NCBI RefSeq assembly: GCF_004010195.1
Contig: NC_057719.1
Coordinates: 56,903,187-56,967,186 of the forward strand
Length of the DNA stretch: 64,000 nucleotides
Direction: 5' to 3'
From: Chiloscyllium plagiosum
Lineage: Eukaryota
Shown: positions 63,290-64,000 of the stretch, piece by piece
Layout: each line of letters opens with the position of its first letter
Position numbering within the stretch: position 1 is the first letter of the stretch
Translations under genes and position numbers: made by a program
The notes under the pieces: model-generated
Seen by the model: only the letters and a program-made list of their open reading frames with translations
What the model was told of the DNA's origin: nothing
Database searches by the model: none

Positions 63290-64000
63290 AACACAAATTC
63301 CCAGCTCGGCGAACAGAACCACGACAAGCATACAAAGATCTCTATCAAGATGCCAGAAATCTCTTGCCTTGCCTCGTTCAATATCCTGGGATAAATCACA
63401 TCAGGCCCTGGGAGTTTGTCTAGCTTAATGCTTTTCAAGACACCCAACAACGCCACTTTCTTAATATCAATATGCTCCAGATTATCAACATACCTCTCCC
63501 TAATCTTACCATCATCCACATCCTTCTCCTTAGTGAATACCAGTCTAAACTACTAAGGACTTCATTCACTTCCTCTGGCTCCATGCAGAAATTCCCTCCT
63601 TCGTCCTTGATGAACCTCTCTTTCCCTTGTTACTGTCTTGCTCCTGTTAAGTATAAAATGCCTCTGTATTCTTCCTAATCCTACTTGCCAAGGTCTTCGG
63701 TGACCACTTCTAATCTATTGGTGAGTTCTGTTCTGCTTCTTTTATATTCCTCAAGGGCCTTGCTTGATTTCAGTTTCCTAAATATATGCTTCTTTTTCTT
63801 TTTGACTAAATCTTCAGAAACTGTTGTCATCCAACATTTGAAGCCTTGCCAGCCTTATCCTTCACTCTCACAGGACAATGCTTGTCCTGAACTCTGATCA
63901 ACTGGCCTTTAAAAGATTCCACATGTCAGATGTGGATTTACCCTCAAACAGCCACCTCCCATCTAATTTCTCCAGTATATGTCTACTACTATTGTAGAGT

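Larger units (their letters stand above)
62678..63329 (-). mobile_element. Young truncated Penelope-like element (family A) with inverted pseudo-LTR and 11-bp TSD
   Basis: TSD atacaaagatc at 62667-62677 and 63330-63340. GIY-YIG C-terminus HEFDWDNTTIIGQAKQRTAREFLEAWHS. Inverted arms about 62708-62950 and 63092-63329. Confidence 0.9.
61560..64000 (-). mobile_element. Decayed CR1 ORF2 interrupted by a Penelope-like insertion
   Basis: KLPGPDVIYPRIL, DNPGNYTPLS, GRSCLTNLMEF, AFDKVPHG, WQMEFNLDKCEVM. Confidence 0.88.

Overview
Eukaryotic, AT-rich genomic DNA from a cartilaginous fish, probably a shark. This is inferred from the dense CR1 LINEs and HE1-type tRNA SINEs. The window lies inside one minus-strand gene, RALGAPA1 (Ral GTPase-activating protein catalytic subunit alpha 1). 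I traced 11 core internal coding exons (57519 down to 5803) with GT-AG boundaries and consistent phases. I also found a 144-nt cassette exon, a 1416-nt alternative-donor extension and a candidate 9-nt microexon (7733-7741). No exons were found beyond these, so the gene's start and end appear to lie outside the window. The introns hold nested CR1 fragments, HE1-like and Deu-like SINEs, an internally deleted Gmr1-type Gypsy element, solo LTRs, a Tigger/pogo remnant with its MITE, and an L2 remnant. A LINE with a tRNA-like head sits near a SINE that looks like its internally deleted derivative. The most striking non-genic signal is three sequence-distinct Penelope-like families, each carrying a minimal hammerhead-ribozyme core. 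One family also has many tiny, often palindromic, target-site-duplicated offspring. All identifications come from reading the sequence and recalling family motifs; no searches were run.
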